64,000 nt of DNA from Leptospira sp. (GTDB lineage: Bacteria; Spirochaetota; Leptospiria; Leptospirales; Leptospiraceae). Within the stretch, counting starts at the first letter, position 1. Each line of letters begins with the position of its first letter. The position numbers and the translations under genes are program-made. The notes under the pieces are model-generated. The model did no database searches, was not told the DNA's origin, and saw nothing but the letters and a program-made list of their open reading frames with translations. Shown piece after piece: positions 48,540 to 58,174 of the stretch. The stretch lies in contig JAWXAQ010000033.1 in assembly GCA_034439575.1 (NCBI GenBank), forward strand, positions 128,001-192,000, in the 5' to 3' direction.

Positions 48540-51368
48540 TTAAAATTTATAACCGAGGCTGATCCAAATATTTCGTCTTTCTAATGGGTGTTGAGTAGGG
48601 TAATACTCTCCAGTCGCAGCGCGAATTCCTGGGTCAAAAAATTGTTGGTTTAGAATATTGTTTGCTTGGATTTGTAAAAACATTCCCTCTTTAATAAAAT
48701 CCTCCCAACGAAAGTTGATTCTAAACATTTCATAGCCGGCCACACTCCCTGTAGGATTTGTTGCAATTGTTCGTCTAACATCAACGTAGTTTGTCCCAGC
48801 ATAAATCGAAATTTTGGATCTAATATAATAAGTGATTCCTAAATAACCTTTGTGTGGTGCTATATTTGGGATATTTCCTCTGGATGGAACTCTATTTAAA
48901 CCTGTCAATTCTTTGTATAATAAATTTTCTAAATCATCTTTATAATTTGCACCTAAGCGACCTTCGGTTGAGGGGGATGTTTGTAAACTAGCGGGAAGAT
49001 CATAATAATAACCTTGCGCATAAGTATAATTGAAATTGATGCTAATATTTTTGCGAACAGTCCAAACGGATTCTGATTCAATTCCAAATATATTGGCACG
49101 CCCTACGTTTTGATTTTGTAACCACGGATTGCGTGGAGAAATATTATTGATGATCGAAGAATCAGTAGTTTGAACTTGTAAAATTAAGTCTGATATAGCA
49201 TTGTAATAAGCCTGTGCGGATGAATAAAAATCTTTTGTGAATCTATATGCTACTCCGACTTCTACAGATGAAAGTTTTTCTGGAGTTAAACTCGCATTAG
49301 GCTTTCTTTGTTGCGTTTGTGAAAAAAGTTCAATTGCTGATGGTTCTCGGAAGGCACGACCAAGCAAAAATTTAAAAGTTAAATCTCTTGTTGCTTGATA
49401 AATGGCACTCACTCTCGGAGTACTTGCATATCCGTATGTCGTAATATAGTCACGTCTGAACCCAAAAGTGAGAGAAAGTTTTTCTACGGGTCGGTAGACT
49501 TGCTGCAAGTAAAGTGCATAGTTTGAATATTGATAGCGATCTGAACTTCCATAATCTTTTCCTACTACGAAATGTCTTGCAGATACTCCGAATATTGTAG
49601 ATATTTTTGATGTTGGATTCCAGTTTAACCTTGATTCACCGAAGTATCCATAATCTGGTCTAGAATAATTGTTTGATCTTGTAACATCTGTGGAACGGTA
49701 ATAGGCACCAGGGTCGGTTTGGTTTGGATATTCTTCTTTGCTTGAATTTAATACATCAGAATTTCTGATGATACCTTCTGTATCTAATGACAATGTTTCG
49801 CTTATTTTGTGATTGTAACCGACTAACATAGAGTTACTTTTGAAATCCCAAGCCGAACCTTGAAATCCGGGGACACCAAGTCCTCCCTGTCTTCTTGTGT
49901 CGATTTGTTGCGTACCATTCGGAAATGTTCCTTGCCCTTGTAAGTATTGCCAATTGACTGTTTCGAAACGAAATCCCCCCTTAGAAAATTTAGCTGTTAT
50001 GTTGTAAGTTTTTTCTTTGGAAACATTATATCCTGGACTCCAAAAATAACCGACTGAATTAGAATCGGGATTGCACATAGTATTTCCGCATAAATCGCGG
50101 GAAAATTTATAGAATGGATCAAATTTATAATTATAATTTGGATTGTCTTTTGTTGCTCCATTTTGTTTGGGATCAAGGGAATTTATATTCGCCATATTAG
50201 GACCATCTGTTTGGTAATAATAACCAAACACGCTATAGGACATTGGACTGGATCCTTCGGAGGCTCCCCTTGCGGAAAAACTCGCGGATGCACCTGGGTT
50301 TGAAAAGGAATTTGCCTTTGTTGCTTCATAAGAGCCCCATGTAACATCAACATGATTTCCGGGATTTGTCGCTCCATCTTTCATTATTATGTTGATGATT
50401 CCATTGAACGCATTTGCACCATACAAAGCCGATGCGGGTCCCGATATGATTTCTATTCTCTCTACATTGTTTAATGGAAACCTGACGCTTCCAGCTAACA
50501 TTGCATTTTCATTTAAATTATTGTCTGGTATACCGTCCACATAGAGTAGGGTCCTTTGCATACCACCAACTAATCCTCGTTGGTGGATGAGTTCTGGGTA
50601 AATTCCATAATTGTGTTGAAAGTCCATGCCTGGGACATCATGCAATGCGTCGGATAAAGTTCGGTAACCTCGTTCTTTGATATGTTGAGACGAGATGACA
50701 TAGATGGCTGCTGGAGCCTCTTTCAATTTTGTTTTGGTTCTTGTCGCTGTAATGACTTCTGTCTCTTCTAAAAGTTTAAATATTTCTTGGGCTTCTTTTT
50801 GGATGTCTTGTTTTTGAATCGGAAATTCAATTTGTTTTGCAATTGGTGTTTGAAGTAAATATTCATTAATATTTTCGGAATTAATTTTAGCATTAGGATT
50901 TAGTTTGATTCGGATCACCAAACGATTAATAAACTTTTCTATAATTTTTGCATCCGATTCTTGTGTTTCATCTTTTGGAATATTTAATCCTTCCAATTCT
51001 TGTGAATGATCTGTTTGGTTCATGGCATCTATCAGTAATCCGGATTTTGTCGCATAGATTTGTCCATATAGATTCAATACATTACTTTCGCTCCTTTGGT
51101 AGTATCCAGAAATCATAATGGCGTCTTCAGATTTATATTCTGAATTATCTATGGATATCGATTTGCTATTTTCTATAAGTATAATCGTATATCCTAATTT
51201 TTGCAGTTCAACTTTTGTTTTTTGTTGGATAGTTTCCGAAACAACTGAGTCGGTTTTAGATTGGAAAGGAGAAAAAGTTTTAATATAAATGATTCTTTCG
51301 GCTACAGGTACAGTGTGCACCGCAGTCGAAAGAGAAATAAAAAGAAGGCACAGGCGAATCCACTTCAT
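48540..51368 (-). CDS. TonB-dependent receptor with N-terminal extension
   Basis: Plug VITATRT...APAAIYVI...LHDVPG...VDGIP...ERIEIISGPASALYGANAFNGIINI, barrel, C-terminal LGYKF; ~190 aa extra domain before the plug. ATG at 51368 preferred to TTG 51386. Confidence 0.9.
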   Translation of the reverse strand: MKWIRLCLLFISLSTAVHTVPVAERIIYIKTFSPFQSKTDSVVSETIQQKTKVELQKLGYTIILIENSKSISIDNSEYKSEDAIMISGYYQRSESNVLNLYGQIYATKSGLLIDAMNQTDHSQELEGLNIPKDETQESDAKIIEKFINRLVIRIKLNPNAKINSENINEYLLQTPIAKQIEFPIQKQDIQKEAQEIFKLLEETEVITATRTKTKLKEAPAAIYVISSQHIKERGYRTLSDALHDVPGMDFQHNYGIYPELIHQRGLVGGMQRTLLYVDGIPDNNLNENAMLAGSVRFPLNNVERIEIISGPASALYGANAFNGIINIIMKDGATNPGNHVDVTWGSYEATKANSFSNPGASASFSARGASEGSSPMSYSVFGYYYQTDGPNMANINSLDPKQNGATKDNPNYNYKFDPFYKFSRDLCGNTMCNPDSNSVGYFWSPGYNVSKEKTYNITAKFSKGGFRFETVNWQYLQGQGTFPNGTQQIDTRRQGGLGVPGFQGSAWDFKSNSMLVGYNHKISETLSLDTEGIIRNSDVLNSSKEEYPNQTDPGAYYRSTDVTRSNNYSRPDYGYFGESRLNWNPTSKISTIFGVSARHFVVGKDYGSSDRYQYSNYALYLQQVYRPVEKLSLTFGFRRDYITTYGYASTPRVSAIYQATRDLTFKFLLGRAFREPSAIELFSQTQQRKPNASLTPEKLSSVEVGVAYRFTKDFYSSAQAYYNAISDLILQVQTTDSSIINNISPRNPWLQNQNVGRANIFGIESESVWTVRKNISINFNYTYAQGYYYDLPASLQTSPSTEGRLGANYKDDLENLLYKELTGLNRVPSRGNIPNIAPHKGYLGITYYIRSKISIYAGTNYVDVRRTIATNPTGSVAGYEMFRINFRWEDFIKEGMFLQIQANNILNQQFFDPGIRAATGEYYPTQHPLERRNIWISLGYKF

Positions 51369-51497
51369 AAATTTTGCCAGCGCCAATCCTATCGGAATTG
51401 AGAAATCTTGTCATGCCCGAATATTTAGGACTTATGATTTTATTCCCGATTTCGAATTTTTATTTTTAAATCTCTGAAATCGAATATTCATGCAATT

Positions 51498-53957
51498 TTA
51501 GAGATTGATTGTGACACCAAAATTGACCTGGCGAAAGAGCCCTGGTTGAATTCCTTCTGGTAACCGAGTAGAGATATATTTTTGATCCAAAAGATTTTTA
51601 CCTGTTAGAAAAACAGACCATTTCTCTCTTTTATATCCTATACTTGCATGGACTAATTCATAGGCAGGGATCACACCATTTGTTCCATCAGCATCTGATC
51701 GAATCGAGTTATAATCAAGTAATGATTTAATATTGCTATCTGATGAAGCAGTGTCATACCAATAAACTCCGCGCGTATTCTGAAGGTCATGGTATTGTTT
51801 TGAGAAGTGTTGCCATTCGGCACGGACATAAAATCCTGTTTTCATAATTGCACCTAACGCAATCGTCATCACATCTTTCGATACATATGGTAACCAATTT
51901 CCATTTGTATCGATATGAACAAGTGGATTACTATTTCCTTTCGCCCATTCACTTAAATTATAAGTGTATTGATTAGATTTTGCTTCGTTACGCGAATAAA
52001 TTAAATCCAATGGAACATTGAAATTCCAATTGAAAAAATTACCAAAATCAAATGTAAGATTTGTTTCCACTCCCTTATGTTGTGACCTACCTGCATTGAC
52101 AGGTCTTGCACCCAAGTTCCCACCAGCCGCAGAACTATTGATAATTTGATCTTGAAAATCTAACAGATATCCTACGATCTGCATATTTAAATATTTTGTT
52201 AAATCTCCCCTAATACCTGTTTCATAGTTCCAAGATTTTTCTGCTTTCAGTGAAAGATCTTGTGCAGATGGAGATATGGCAGATTCATAACGAGGTGGGG
52301 AAAATCCTCTATGAACTCCAGAAAACCAAGTGAAATGATCTAAGATATCATAAGTGATTCCAAAACCGGGCAAGACGATTTGTTGTGTGGTTTTTCCTTC
52401 CCGGTCCATTTGGACTGTTGGATTTGTACCACTGGCATAATTAAAACTAACTTCATCAAAATTTTGTCGCCCTCGCATCATTAGACGGCTTTGTGAAAAA
52501 GATTCGTAACGAACACCAGGTATAATTGCAAACTTATCTGTTAGGCGGATTCTGTCTTGGATATATACAGAAATTGCTTTTGCATTTCTTTGTTCGTCAT
52601 CTCTAAGATCACCAGATTTTGAAAGGCTTGTGCGAGATTCGATTGGAACTATTGGGGTCGTGCCTGGTCCATTCGGAAATAAAACAGCGTCATATGTTCT
52701 AGGTCCTGTCAATAATTGGGCACGAGCGGAATCAAAATGATATCGAATTCCTGTATCTATCTCATGTTTGATGGATGCAGTATCAAATTCAAATTGTAGT
52801 TTTGTTTCAATTCCATAAAACTTATATGTTCTGTCTCTATGTGCATTTGTTCCACGCATCCAAACAGTATCGCCTAATCGACTTGTATATGGTTCACCAT
52901 CAAAAGTATTTAGTGTATCAGTGGGTCTTGCTGTTGTACGAGAAGAATTTCGCGTATATTCTTGACGTGCCCAATTTCTTTGTGTATAAGCTGAATACAC
53001 TCGTGTTATTAGGCGAGCATGATCAGAGAGTGTCCACTCATGACCGAGAGAAAATGAATACCTTTCAATAGTTCTCTTATCATTTTCTGCGGGATTGTCT
53101 TTGGGGTTATGTTGGTACATACCATTCGTCAAACCAATGTATGTAGCTTGAGATTCTTGTTGGTGAAATCCTACTTTTGTTGTAATGGAATGTTTATCCG
53201 TTAGTTGGTGGGTGGTTTTGAGATTTGCTTCATTGACCCAAAATCCTTGGTGATTTCTGAATCCATCTCCTTGTTTGCGGAGGACATTGATATCAAAGCC
53301 AGTATTTCCAAATGTGCCACCGTAATTTACCATGTTTGATACATACCCGTTTTCACCACCTATTGCTTGCAAGGAGAGTGTTGGGTCCTTAGGTGGTTTT
53401 CGCGTGATAAAATTTACAACGCCTCCAATGGTTGATGGTCCAAATAAAATAGATCCTGATCCTTTTACAATTTCGACTCTCTCCATTCTTTCTATGGATG
53501 GCGCATAATACATTTCAGGTTCGCCATAAGGATTGAGAGAGGTAAATAGCCCATCTTCCAAAACTAAAATTTTTCTAGAGACTTCGTTGCTGATTCCGCG
53601 AAAGCCTAAGTTCATAGTTAAACCAGCCGCGTCTTGATAACGGACGTTAGCTCCAGGGACTCTTCGCAGAACTTCCATTCCATCTGTGGGACGAGTTTCT
53701 TCTAAAAATTTTTTGCCAATAATAGTCGCTGAACCTGGGATTCGTTTTAGATCCTTTTTTTCACCTATGACAGTAATTTCGGCTTTTTTCCAACGTGGGT
53801 CATCAACATTGATGATTTCTTCCTCTTTGGCCGGATCCTTAATTTCAGGCTCAGTTTTATCCGCCGGTTTTTCTGGATTTGTCGTCGTCGGTTGTGCGAT
53901 TAATGTTTGGCAAAGAAAGAATGTAGTCAGTAGCAAAGAAATTCGCTTTAAAACCAT
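51498..53957 (-). CDS. TonB-dependent receptor, FecA-like (probable iron uptake)
   Basis: IPGSATII, LRRVPG, LEDG, ERVEIVKGSGSILFGPSTIGGVVNFIT and EKSWNYETG; Fur-like boxes upstream. Confidence 0.9.
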   Translation of the reverse strand: MVLKRISLLLTTFFLCQTLIAQPTTTNPEKPADKTEPEIKDPAKEEEIINVDDPRWKKAEITVIGEKKDLKRIPGSATIIGKKFLEETRPTDGMEVLRRVPGANVRYQDAAGLTMNLGFRGISNEVSRKILVLEDGLFTSLNPYGEPEMYYAPSIERMERVEIVKGSGSILFGPSTIGGVVNFITRKPPKDPTLSLQAIGGENGYVSNMVNYGGTFGNTGFDINVLRKQGDGFRNHQGFWVNEANLKTTHQLTDKHSITTKVGFHQQESQATYIGLTNGMYQHNPKDNPAENDKRTIERYSFSLGHEWTLSDHARLITRVYSAYTQRNWARQEYTRNSSRTTARPTDTLNTFDGEPYTSRLGDTVWMRGTNAHRDRTYKFYGIETKLQFEFDTASIKHEIDTGIRYHFDSARAQLLTGPRTYDAVLFPNGPGTTPIVPIESRTSLSKSGDLRDDEQRNAKAISVYIQDRIRLTDKFAIIPGVRYESFSQSRLMMRGRQNFDEVSFNYASGTNPTVQMDREGKTTQQIVLPGFGITYDILDHFTWFSGVHRGFSPPRYESAISPSAQDLSLKAEKSWNYETGIRGDLTKYLNMQIVGYLLDFQDQIINSSAAGGNLGARPVNAGRSQHKGVETNLTFDFGNFFNWNFNVPLDLIYSRNEAKSNQYTYNLSEWAKGNSNPLVHIDTNGNWLPYVSKDVMTIALGAIMKTGFYVRAEWQHFSKQYHDLQNTRGVYWYDTASSDSNIKSLLDYNSIRSDADGTNGVIPAYELVHASIGYKREKWSVFLTGKNLLDQKYISTRLPEGIQPGLFRQVNFGVTINL

Positions 53958-53986
53958 AAATGGTAGTCCGCCTTGAAATTGGTGAG

Positions 53987-54005
53987 TTTGAGACTAGGTT
54001 TCAAA
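53987..54005. promoter_or_regulatory. Fur-family box candidate, proximal to the FecA-like receptor
   Basis: TTTGAGAC-TAG-GTTTCAAA, an imperfect inverted repeat about 30 bp upstream of the ATG. Confidence 0.5.
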
Positions 54006-54080
54006 ATCAGGCGAAATTCACAACAACTTTTGATTAGGAAGACGCATATGTTGTAAGCCATTTGGTAAAAAGGTGAACTA

Positions 54081-54099
54081 AATGAGAATAATTCTAAAT
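54081..54099. promoter_or_regulatory. Fur-family box candidate, distal
   Basis: AA-TGAGAAT-A-ATTCTAA-AT resembles the 7-1-7 Fur motif TGATAATnATTATCA. Confidence 0.5.
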
Positions 54100-54130
54100 T
54101 GATTTTGACTGGAATGGGGGCGTATGATAG

Positions 54131-54196
54131 GGGTTAGGGGAGGCGTTTCCCACAATCCACTCCTCCCCACCCAGTTTATGTCGGGCGGGGGCGCCC
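54131..54196 (-). repeat. GC-rich REP-like dispersed hairpin element, copy 2
   Basis: Reverse complement GGGCGCCCCCGCCCGACATAAACTGGGTGGGGAGGAGTGGATTGTGGG...CCTCCCCTAAC, about 20 bp after the glyA stop. Confidence 0.75.
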
Positions 54197-54215
54197 GAAA
54201 CCCACCAAATTCCCG

Positions 54216-55460
54216 TTACAATCTGAAATTGTCCATGGGGAAACTTTTTGTAATTTCTGCAACTCCTGCTTTCACTTTTTCAGTCCAAGCCTTATCACCA
54301 AAATTGTCTAAAAAATCGCAAATCAAATTCCCAACTCTTTCGATCTCGGCATCTTTCAATCCGCGGGTAGTAAGAGCAGGCGTTCCAAGTCTAATACCCG
54401 ATGCCACTGCTGGAGGATTTTTATCAAATGGGATGGCATTTTTATTTACTGTTATTCCCACAGCATCCAAACCATCGGCGGCATCACGGCCAGTTAAACC
54501 TTTAACAGAAACATCAAGTAGCACCAAATGATTGTCAGTTCCTCCTGAAATCACGCGATATCCTCTTTTTTGGAATACTTGAGCCAGAATTTTAGCGTTC
54601 TTTAGCACTTGTTTGATGTAAGTTTTGAATTCTGGTTTGAGTGCTTCCCCGAAAGCGACAGCCTTGGCCGCAATCACGTGCATCAAAGGACCACCTTGAA
54701 TCCCTGGGAAAACTCGTGAATTTAATATTTTTTCATTTTCTGTTTGAGAGAGTATCAATCCACCACGAGGTCCACGTAATGTTTTATGAGTAGTCGTCGT
54801 TACATAATCACAAATTCCAATTGGGGAAGGATGTTCGCCTGCAACCACCAAACCAGAAATATGTGCAATATCCGCCATGATTTTCGCCCCAATGGAATCT
54901 GCAATTTCTTTGAATTTTGCAAAATCAATAATTCGTGGGTAGGCAGAAGCACCTACAACGATAAGTTTTGGTTTATGTTCTTTAGCAAGTTTTGCGACTT
55001 CAGAATAATCGATGGTCTCATCTTTTTCAGTCACACCGTATGGAATTGGTCGATAGTATTTTCCGCTAATATTTACAGACGAACCATGGGTTAGGTGACC
55101 ACCGTGAGCTAAATTCATTCCCAAAAATGCATCTCCGGGTTCAAGTGCCGCTAAAAAGACCGCCATATTCGCCTGTGCACCGCTATGTGGCTGGACATTG
55201 GCATATTCAGCACCAAACATTTTTTTTGCTCGTTCAATGGCCAATTCTTCAACTTTGTCGGCATTCTCACAACCGTTATAGTAACGTTTTCCCGGATAAC
55301 CTTCAGCATACTTATTTGTTAAAGTGGAATGGTATGCTTCGAGAACAGCTCTGGAAACAAAGTTTTCACTTGCTATCATTTCAAGAGAATTTTCTTGTCT
55401 TTGGTCTTCGTGTTTTAATGCCGTATAAATTTCTGGGTCTTGGTTTTGTAAAAAGCTCAT
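54216..55460 (-). CDS. glyA: Serine hydroxymethyltransferase
   Basis: [41 protein letters not shown] and [13 protein letters not shown]. Confidence 0.98.
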   Translation of the reverse strand: MSFLQNQDPEIYTALKHEDQRQENSLEMIASENFVSRAVLEAYHSTLTNKYAEGYPGKRYYNGCENADKVEELAIERAKKMFGAEYANVQPHSGAQANMAVFLAALEPGDAFLGMNLAHGGHLTHGSSVNISGKYYRPIPYGVTEKDETIDYSEVAKLAKEHKPKLIVVGASAYPRIIDFAKFKEIADSIGAKIMADIAHISGLVVAGEHPSPIGICDYVTTTTHKTLRGPRGGLILSQTENEKILNSRVFPGIQGGPLMHVIAAKAVAFGEALKPEFKTYIKQVLKNAKILAQVFQKRGYRVISGGTDNHLVLLDVSVKGLTGRDAADGLDAVGITVNKNAIPFDKNPPAVASGIRLGTPALTTRGLKDAEIERVGNLICDFLDNFGDKAWTEKVKAGVAEITKSFPMDNFRL

Positions 55461-56326
55461 GTAGGAATTTCTCTGTTTAGGATATAGGATAAACTTTCGT
55501 ATTTTCTCTTACGAATTATTTCAGATTCTTTTAATACCGATCTACGAAAAGAAGAAAACCCTCGCCCAAAGAAGGAAAATTCCTCTTTGTTTGCTGGATT
55601 TTCAAGACCTAAATAACTCAATAATGTGTCAAAAAAATCCGTTTCGAATTGGTCTAAGGCAAAGTCATTTGGAAGGGAAGTTAAAAAATCATTATGACTT
55701 CGTTCTTTTCTATACTCAGGTTCTTCTGGTGGATGAAGAAGGATCCCAGTTACTTTTTTAATGAGGGCAGGATCTAAAATCAATGTTCCATGTTGGACAA
55801 TACAATTTTTTTTTCGAAATTGGGCATTACCAGAAATCTTTTTAATCATTCCATTTTCCAAAACTGCGATATCAGATTTGCCTTTCGAACTCACACTTAT
55901 ACTTTGTTTCTTTAAGGCTTTCATTACAAGACCTAACAAGGCTTCATAAGAATCTTTAACTGAAAACAATTCAGGTCGTTTCTCTAAACTTATATAAATA
56001 GAATAATTTACATTATCAGTGGAATTTTGGTAAACAGTCCCACCGCCTGAAGCCCTTCGGGTTATATAGGTAAAATCATCTATTTTATGTTTGGTGAGGG
56101 TTTTGTTGGTAATATTGTTTTTGAAATTTGTGATTACACTTTCCTCTATTGTCAAATTTGGATTTTCAGATAATCCAAGGACAATACATTCGGGATTTTT
56201 CCAAAGACGTATCCCGCCAATAAGTCCAAATTTTACAAGGTTGAGTGCAATCCCTTCTTCGATCGCTAAATTAGAGTAAGGTGAACGAATCTTTGTGATC
56301 GGAAAGTAAAAAACTTTATCTTTCAC
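55457..56326 (-). CDS. Lipoate--protein ligase family protein
   Basis: [24 protein letters not shown] and HGTL. Confidence 0.88.
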   Translation of the reverse strand: MKDKVFYFPITKIRSPYSNLAIEEGIALNLVKFGLIGGIRLWKNPECIVLGLSENPNLTIEESVITNFKNNITNKTLTKHKIDDFTYITRRASGGGTVYQNSTDNVNYSIYISLEKRPELFSVKDSYEALLGLVMKALKKQSISVSSKGKSDIAVLENGMIKKISGNAQFRKKNCIVQHGTLILDPALIKKVTGILLHPPEEPEYRKERSHNDFLTSLPNDFALDQFETDFFDTLLSYLGLENPANKEEFSFFGRGFSSFRRSVLKESEIIRKRKYESLSYILNREIPT

Positions 56327-57144
56327 TCGTTAAAATACTTTTGCGATGCTTCATTCAAAAACTTTTTCTCACTTCTCGATAAACTATTCATACCATCTTT
56401 GGAAATTTTTTCCAAAAGTTCATCTACTCTTTTTTTAGCATTCTCTCTGCTATTCATTTCAACTTGGTATCTTTGAAATCTGCGTTTTTGTAAATACCGT
56501 GATAAAGACCAACCAGTTGGCTTTGAACTCGACTGCCAATTGTGATATAGTTTGATCAAAATAAAAGCGCCAATGATACCCCCAAGATGAGCCATATGTG
56601 CAATGTGACCACCTTGCGAAAAAACAATCATTAACATGAGTATCATCACAAAAAATTTCGCCTTTAAAGGAAAAATCAGCATAAAGATAATTTCTCGATT
56701 GGGCCAGAGAAAAGCGTATGCGGCGAGAAGTCCAAACGTGGCACCACTTGCACCGAGTACGATACCTTGGGGAAAACCAAGTAGGGAAGCAAGGAGAGTG
56801 ACCGCCCCACCCATAAAGGCACAGAAAAAATAAAATTTCAAAAAAGGTCGATTTCCATAATGGGCTTCGACTTCAGAACCAAACATCCATAAGGTTAACA
56901 TATTCATAAGTAGGTGCATGAAATCACCATGAAGAAACGAATAGGTCACCAATTGCCAAACAAAACCTTGCATCACCGCGCTTGGGTTCAGCGCAAAGAA
57001 GGCCTCGATGGCATTTGTCTTTAAAATCAAATGGCTTACGTATTGGATTAGAAAGATAATGCCGTTTGTGAAGAGTAAAATCCGCACGGTAGGGGTGAGT
57101 TCCGGTCCGAACCTAAGTTGATATCCTGGATTACGAGGGGGCAT
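56323..57144 (-). CDS. Rhomboid intramembrane serine protease with soluble C-terminal extension
   Basis: WQLVTYSFLH, HLLMNM, GASG, AHMAHLGG and tail VDELLEKISKDGMNSLS. ATG at 57144 avoids overlap with the divergent gene. Confidence 0.9.
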   Translation of the reverse strand: MPPRNPGYQLRFGPELTPTVRILLFTNGIIFLIQYVSHLILKTNAIEAFFALNPSAVMQGFVWQLVTYSFLHGDFMHLLMNMLTLWMFGSEVEAHYGNRPFLKFYFFCAFMGGAVTLLASLLGFPQGIVLGASGATFGLLAAYAFLWPNREIIFMLIFPLKAKFFVMILMLMIVFSQGGHIAHMAHLGGIIGAFILIKLYHNWQSSSKPTGWSLSRYLQKRRFQRYQVEMNSRENAKKRVDELLEKISKDGMNSLSRSEKKFLNEASQKYFNE

Positions 57145-57202
57145 AATTTCAAGGTCGTAAATCTTGAGTGACAAGGAAAGTTCATTTCTGACAATCGAGG
57201 AA

Positions 57203-58156
57203 GTGATCGTACAACTATTTGGGGTTCGTGGGTCGATCGCCGCCCCTCTACGCAATCAAGATTATCGGAAAAAGATTCTAGATATCATTTCTCTGTATGA
57301 AAAGGCACCCCAAGGTCTTTCGCCTGAGAAATTCTGGAAATCTTTGCCATACCATTTGAAATTTGTGACAGGAAGTGATACAACTTGTGTCAAAGTCACA
57401 GATTCTCAAGGCGAAGTGTATGTTTTGGATATGGGCACAGGGATTAGAAATGTGGGCGACGAATTGGTCCAGTCCTATCTTAAAAATCCCCATCCAAGAA
57501 ATGTAAATATATTTGTCACCCATACCCATTGGGATCACATCCAAGGCCTTCCATTTTTTAAACCTATATACTTTCCTGATTTTTCTTTAAAATTTCATTC
57601 TCCTTATTCTGACCTCGCGAATCGATTAGAACGCCAACAAAGTCCAGAGTTTTTTCCGGTCAGTTTCGCCGCTGTGGGATGTAAGAAAGAGTTTAAGTTT
57701 TTTTCACCTGGTGAAGTGCTTATGTTTGATGGTGGACTCAAAGTCGAATGTTATCCACTCCGCCATCCGGGAGGATCTTATGCTTATAAATTTACCACAA
57801 AAGAAGGTAAAACTTTTATATTTGCGACTGATGCAGAGTTTACAGGCCAAGATATGGAACTCATTCATGAATCAGCACCTTTTTTTAAAGATGCTGATCT
57901 TCTCATTTTAGATGCGCAATATACATTAGATGAATCCTTCTCAAAATTTGATTGGGGTCATACATCCTATACGATGGCAGTCAATTGTGCTACCTCTTGG
58001 AATATCAAAAATTTAGTTTTAACACACCATGAACCAAGTTATTCAGATCAGAAAATTTATGAAATATTCGAATCAGCGATCGACCATAAAAGATTGTTAG
58101 GTGAAAAGAAACTCAAGATTCATTTGGCCAGAGAAGGCTTACGTTTTCATTTATAA
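57203..58156 (+). CDS. Metallo-beta-lactamase-fold hydrolase (RNase Z / phosphodiesterase-like)
   Basis: FGVRGS, LDMGTG, THTHWDHIQGLPFF, HPGG, TDAE, DAQY, WGH and THHEP. GTG at 57203 follows GAGGA. Confidence 0.88.
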   Translation: MIVQLFGVRGSIAAPLRNQDYRKKILDIISLYEKAPQGLSPEKFWKSLPYHLKFVTGSDTTCVKVTDSQGEVYVLDMGTGIRNVGDELVQSYLKNPHPRNVNIFVTHTHWDHIQGLPFFKPIYFPDFSLKFHSPYSDLANRLERQQSPEFFPVSFAAVGCKKEFKFFSPGEVLMFDGGLKVECYPLRHPGGSYAYKFTTKEGKTFIFATDAEFTGQDMELIHESAPFFKDADLLILDAQYTLDESFSKFDWGHTSYTMAVNCATSWNIKNLVLTHHEPSYSDQKIYEIFESAIDHKRLLGEKKLKIHLAREGLRFHL

Positions 58157-58174
58157 ATTATATATATAGATCAT

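Noticed and set aside
54124-54531. 135-aa plus-strand ORF
   Set aside because: It is antisense to glyA and runs through the GC-rich repeat; a shadow ORF.
57145-57255. Apparent overlap of the rhomboid and MBL hydrolase ORFs
   Set aside because: It disappears with the better-supported starts at 57144 (minus) and 57203 (plus).
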